A stretch of 20,000 bases of DNA from the IMG/VR virus record IMGVR_UViG_3300028833_000148, positions 53,292 through 73,291 of that record; one strand, given 5' to 3'. The first letter of the stretch is position 1. The number at the start of each line of letters is the position of its first letter. The position numbers were made by a program, and so were the translations under genes. This document shows positions 16,613 through 20,000 of the stretch, piece after piece. The stretch comes from an uncultured virus (IMG/VR IMGVR_UViG_3300028833_000148) (taxonomy: Duplodnaviria; Heunggongvirae; Uroviricota; Caudoviricetes). The notes under the pieces are model-generated. The model was given only the letters and a program-made list of their open reading frames with translations, did no database searches and was not told the DNA's origin.

Positions 16613-17425
16613 ATGAAAGTAATAAAAATTAATGAATCTCAGAAAAAAAGATTATTTGAGGCATATAGAGAAGGGTTTTCGCTAAAAGAGCTTTCAGCGT
16701 TAGGCAAAAATGGATGGGGTGCTCAATATGATTACTGTGTCAAATGGTTAGGAGAACCAAATAATTTTGGCTCTTCTAGATGCGTTTTTACGCTTAGTGA
16801 TAATATGATACTAAAATTAGCTATGGGTGGTCAATATAAGGCAGGAATTGCGCAAAATAAGCAAGAATATGAAATGTATCGTTCTTATGACAGTCCATTG
16901 TTAGTTAGAATATTTAAAGCAGACGAAAAATATACATATTTAGTTTCAGAAAACGTAGTTCCAGCAAAAGATATTGATTTTGAGAAAATATTAGGAATAC
17001 CTTTTTACGGAACATCACATCAAAAATCTTTAAAGATGCCTGCAATAGTAGGCTCAGAGCCTCAAAACTATAATGGAAAAAGAAAAAGTGATTATACAGT
17101 TGGATATGACAAATATTTTGACGGGGAGAAAAAATGGCATGAAACATATTATTATGGAGATAAAATGGAAAGCTTGTACAATGTTTTCTGTTATATAGAG
17201 GCTAATTATGTGACGGATGAGGGATATTATGATGAAACATACGAAAATATAATAAATAACTCAGAATGGTTAAGCGAGTTCAAAAATTTCGTCGAAAATA
17301 CGGGTATGTCTGATTTCTGCCAAATAGATAATTTTGGAATGGTAAACAGAAATGGAGAGCCAACGCTTGTGATTCTTGACAGTGGCTTAAATCTTGACGT
17401 TTGGGATAAATATTATGCAGATTAA
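16613..17425 (+). CDS. Protein-kinase-like fold protein with putative capsid-targeting leader
   Basis: P-loop-like NFGSSRCVF, beta3 Lys ILKLA, alphaC Glu QNKQE, hinge LVSENV, catalytic-loop-like DFCQIDNFG, DFG-equivalent VILDSGL. Leader MKVIKINESQKKRLFE. TATTTAT at 16586 favours ATG 16613. Confidence 0.7.
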   Translation: MKVIKINESQKKRLFEAYREGFSLKELSALGKNGWGAQYDYCVKWLGEPNNFGSSRCVFTLSDNMILKLAMGGQYKAGIAQNKQEYEMYRSYDSPLLVRIFKADEKYTYLVSENVVPAKDIDFEKILGIPFYGTSHQKSLKMPAIVGSEPQNYNGKRKSDYTVGYDKYFDGEKKWHETYYYGDKMESLYNVFCYIEANYVTDEGYYDETYENIINNSEWLSEFKNFVENTGMSDFCQIDNFGMVNRNGEPTLVILDSGLNLDVWDKYYAD

Positions 17426-17427
17426 TT

Positions 17428-17970
17428 ATGGGTAAAATACAATTTAACGCAAAAAACATTAGGCGAGTTCCTATCAATAGAAACAGTCTATTTTATGATG
17501 CAGAATCATTTGCATTGGAAAGAGAAATAGGGAAAAACTACATAGAGCAAGACATGGGGCAAACTGTTATTCTGTACCAAGTTGACGCATCTAAAACGCA
17601 AGTTGATGCTGTATATGGAGAGACAGACCCAGATGATGTGACATACAAGACACCAATTGAGATACCTTGTGTCTATAAGATAGAGGAGCCAGAACTTAAA
17701 TCTTATGATAAAGAGAAGCAATTGGGAACTTATATGAAAACTGGTAAACTTACCGTTGGTGTTTACCAAGAAACATTGGATGAACTTAACGTAGATATAA
17801 AAAAAGGAGATTATATTGGTATACAAATATCACCTGAACATATGGAGTTTTTTGTCGTGAACAACGATGGCAGAAATAACTATAGCAATTCTCACACACT
17901 ATGGGGAACTATTCCACTATACAGAACTGTGCAGTGCAGCCCAGTTGATTCATCTGAGTTTAAGGCATAA
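17428..17970 (+). CDS. Putative neck/head-completion protein (T4 gp14-like)
   Basis: GKNYIEQDMGQTVILYQVD...DAVYGETD...YKTPIEIPC...DIKKGDYI pattern resembles gp14-like proteins; starts 2 nt after the kinase stop. Confidence 0.55.
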   Translation: MGKIQFNAKNIRRVPINRNSLFYDAESFALEREIGKNYIEQDMGQTVILYQVDASKTQVDAVYGETDPDDVTYKTPIEIPCVYKIEEPELKSYDKEKQLGTYMKTGKLTVGVYQETLDELNVDIKKGDYIGIQISPEHMEFFVVNNDGRNNYSNSHTLWGTIPLYRTVQCSPVDSSEFKA

Positions 17971-18017
17971 AATAATAAAAATGGAGAGTAAACAAACTCT
18001 CCATTTTTATTATTTTA
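17968..18017. terminator. Bidirectional terminator with 22-bp inverted repeat containing both stop codons
   Basis: TAAAATAATAAAAATGGAGAGT-aaacaa-ACTCTCCATTTTTATTATTTTA. Confidence 0.85.
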
Positions 18018-18351
18018 AACATTGCTTTTCAGCATCTTTTCTATTTAGATATACAGTAACGCCCATAAAATCATCTTTTAAAACATCTGTATTGAGTTCA
18101 GAAATTTTAAAACACCCAAAGGATTTACACCCTATATTATGAATTGGTCTTCGCATCCAAGTAACACCGTCTCTCACAATCATTACCTTTTCTCTACTAC
18201 CACTTATAAAATAGAAAAAACATTTGTCGCTTTCGTAGACCATAGGGTTTTTTTTACCACTTACATAATACATCGTAAAATTTCCATTAAAAGCATATTC
18301 TTCATTGTTTAATGTTGCTTTTTGATTAAAAAAATCTAAAAATGTTTTCAT
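18010..18351 (-). CDS. Hypothetical protein (113 aa), probably early, with its own host-type promoter
   Basis: ORF bracketed by a Bacteroidota-type promoter and a terminator. Confidence 0.75.
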   Translation of the reverse strand: MKTFLDFFNQKATLNNEEYAFNGNFTMYYVSGKKNPMVYESDKCFFYFISGSREKVMIVRDGVTWMRRPIHNIGCKSFGCFKISELNTDVLKDDFMGVTVYLNRKDAEKQCLK

Positions 18352-18390
18352 TTGTGTTTTTTTTTTTGCTTAATAAAAAATATTTCAAAG

Positions 18391-18422
18391 CAAATATATA
18401 AAAAAAAATGCGAAATAGCAAA
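18391..18422 (-). promoter_or_regulatory. Bacteroidota sigma-A type promoter (-33 TTTG / -7 TATATTTG)
   Basis: Minus strand TTTG-(20 nt)-TATATTTG, about 40 nt upstream of ATG 18351. Confidence 0.75.
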
Positions 18423-18439
18423 ACTATTTCACATTTTTT
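18400..18439 (-). terminator. Intrinsic terminator ending the spike operon, overlapping the -33 box
   Basis: Minus strand ATGTGAAATAG-ttttg-CTATTTCGCAT followed by a T tract. Confidence 0.7.
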
Positions 18440-18455
18440 AATTAAGGTTTGTTGA

Positions 18456-18578
18456 TTATTCCTTTGGGTTAAATTTAAAACCCCCTTGTTCTATCATTTT
18501 TTTCTTAAAATTGTCCATTTCTTCATCATTGTCAAAGAATATGGTACTTGTTGTTTCTGTGTGTTTTATTTTTTTCAT
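18456..18578 (-). CDS. Small hypothetical protein (40 aa), missing from the ORF track
   Basis: Hand translation MKKIKHTETTSTIFFDNDEEMDNFKKKMIEQGGFKFNPKE; fills the gap between the spike gene and the terminator. Confidence 0.6.
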   Translation of the reverse strand: MKKIKHTETTSTIFFDNDEEMDNFKKKMIEQGGFKFNPKE

Positions 18579-18597
18579 TTATATTGCTTTTAAGTAA

Positions 18598-19551
18598 TTA
18601 TGATATTCTTACATATTTTGAAAGAATTGAATCAATATCGTAGCCATCAAGTTTATTGATATATCCTCCCCAATCTCCACATTGTTCCATTCCAGCCCAA
18701 GGATGAACGTGATGCATAATGCAACCTTTCATTATTTTTAGCAATTCAACAAGTTTGTCTCCCATTGGGACTTGGTGCAGATTGTCCATAATTTCATCCA
18801 TCTTCTCGTCCAAAATCATATGGTTTTTATCCTTTAGATTATGAGCAATATTATCATCTTTATTACTCATGATATTGATTCTATTGGCAACCATATTGAT
18901 GATACTATTTCCTTGCTGATTTTGTTTTTTTGTTAATCCACTCTTATATTTTAATTGTATATAAGCTGGGTCAGTCCCATTAAATATGATATTCCCAACC
19001 ATATTGGGATTTGGGTCGTTTGTGGCTTCTCCACGAACACCAGCTCTAAGTTGAACTTCACTTTCTTTTGTGGTTTTATTATATCTTAAAATAACATCTT
19101 CAGCACCCCTACCAATAACAGCAACATCTGATGACTTTGGATACGCACCCTTCGTATCATCATTATTGGACACCCTTTCCAATGGTTTATTATGCACTGG
19201 TTCCATTAATAACGATGTGGCATTTTTTGGCTCACAATATGCATTAAATTGTGGTTGCGAAATTATAGGACCGATATAATATCTTTGTCCATTGGATGAT
19301 GCATCATATATTAGAAGAACAGATTCTCCCACTTTTGGGATGCTTTGAAATGTTTTTGGTAATAGAGGAAATGCCCAAGGAAGATATTTTGGTTCATTGT
19401 TCTTTGGGTAGTCTTTGCCTTCAATTTCTGCTCTTACTCTAAGACCATCGTAAGGTTTATCCAATTCATGTAATCCATCATCAATGTATGAAGAGTTTAT
19501 GTTTTCAACTTCCCTTACTTTTGCGACAACAACTCTAAATTCACTCATCAC
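18598..19551 (-). CDS. Baseplate hub/central spike protein (gp5/Vgr/gpV-like OB-fold)
   Basis: N-terminal GLRVRAEI...LPWAFPLLP...PKVGESVLL...RYYIGPI OB-fold signature, beta-rich middle, C-terminal HHVHP metal-binding apex-like motif. Confidence 0.7.
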   Translation of the reverse strand: MMSEFRVVVAKVREVENINSSYIDDGLHELDKPYDGLRVRAEIEGKDYPKNNEPKYLPWAFPLLPKTFQSIPKVGESVLLIYDASSNGQRYYIGPIISQPQFNAYCEPKNATSLLMEPVHNKPLERVSNNDDTKGAYPKSSDVAVIGRGAEDVILRYNKTTKESEVQLRAGVRGEATNDPNPNMVGNIIFNGTDPAYIQLKYKSGLTKKQNQQGNSIINMVANRINIMSNKDDNIAHNLKDKNHMILDEKMDEIMDNLHQVPMGDKLVELLKIMKGCIMHHVHPWAGMEQCGDWGGYINKLDGYDIDSILSKYVRIS

Positions 19552-19744
19552 TTAAAACGCCTCTCTTTTTAAGTTCATCGGTAGCCTTTCTATATAAGAA
19601 ATCCAAGTCTTCCAACTCGTGTACCAATTCTATTATTTTACTCTTACGAATGTCGTATTCATTATCATAACTCATAACTTTTATATTAATTTCTGAGTTA
19701 GACATTTTTGAAAAATCTACATTTCTATCCATATACATTAACAT
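19541..19744 (-). CDS. Small coiled-coil hypothetical protein (67 aa)
   Basis: Tight operon packing; overlaps the spike gene start. Confidence 0.7.
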   Translation of the reverse strand: MLMYMDRNVDFSKMSNSEINIKVMSYDNEYDIRKSKIIELVHELEDLDFLYRKATDELKKRGVLSDE

Positions 19745-19750
19745 TTGTAA

Positions 19751-19999
19751 TTAGTTAATATCTGCATATCCCATACTTGGTGATGTGTTGAATCCTTGAA
19801 TAACAACTGGTCCGCCAGCATTACTTCCAAATCCTGTTAACATCATTGAGCCTGGTTGTATTCCTACTTGTATAGATGCATCTTTTTTTATCGCTCTATA
19901 TATTTCATTTGTGTTTGCGAATGTAAAACCAACTGTTAGATTTGCACTACCGTCTGGCATTACACCAGTAGGAATACCTAGCTTATTTAAATCTTTTGT
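19751..19999 (-). CDS. Hypothetical (probably structural) protein, 5' end beyond the window
   Basis: Frame is open to the window edge (TKDLNKLGIPTGVMPDGSAN...GSNAGGPVVIQG). Confidence 0.7.
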   Translation of the reverse strand, partial: TKDLNKLGIPTGVMPDGSANLTVGFTFANTNEIYRAIKKDASIQVGIQPGSMMLTGFGSNAGGPVVIQGFNTSPSMGYADIN

Positions 20000-20000
20000 A

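Noticed and set aside
3..19999. Stop-codon reassignment in this region
   Set aside because: Structural genes are full length in code 11 with high coding density and no fragmentation at TAG or TGA.
1..20000. tRNA or rRNA genes
   Set aside because: Intergenic gaps are short and AT-rich; no cloverleaf with a T-loop was found by eye.

Overview
AT-rich segment of a large (probably jumbo) T4-like myovirus genome covering the head morphogenesis region. It holds a portal (gp20-like, 5' end outside the window), a gp15-like tail-terminator/neck protein, an inverted prohead protease (gp21-like), an acidic scaffold, a 674-aa major capsid protein (gp23-like), a BppU-N-like protein, a free-standing zinc-repeat/PD-(D/E)xK endonuclease, a SNF2/HARP-like helicase operon, a kinase-fold protein, a gp14-like neck protein and a gp5/Vgr-like spike. 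Two exact TTTG-N20-TATATTTG promoters and A-rich leaders without Shine-Dalgarno sites point to a Bacteroidota host. Main candidate system: unrelated cargo proteins, including a protein-kinase-fold enzyme, share an N-terminal leader (IRLTESDLHRIV...IxE) ending in a gp21-type cleavage site, most behind a TATTTAT putative late promoter, suggesting a modular capsid-targeting and injection system. Also notable: three promoter classes, hairpins that hide start codons, a perfect 42-bp palindrome, an orphan promoter-terminator unit and an endonuclease relic. All assignments come from reading motifs by eye; no database search was run.
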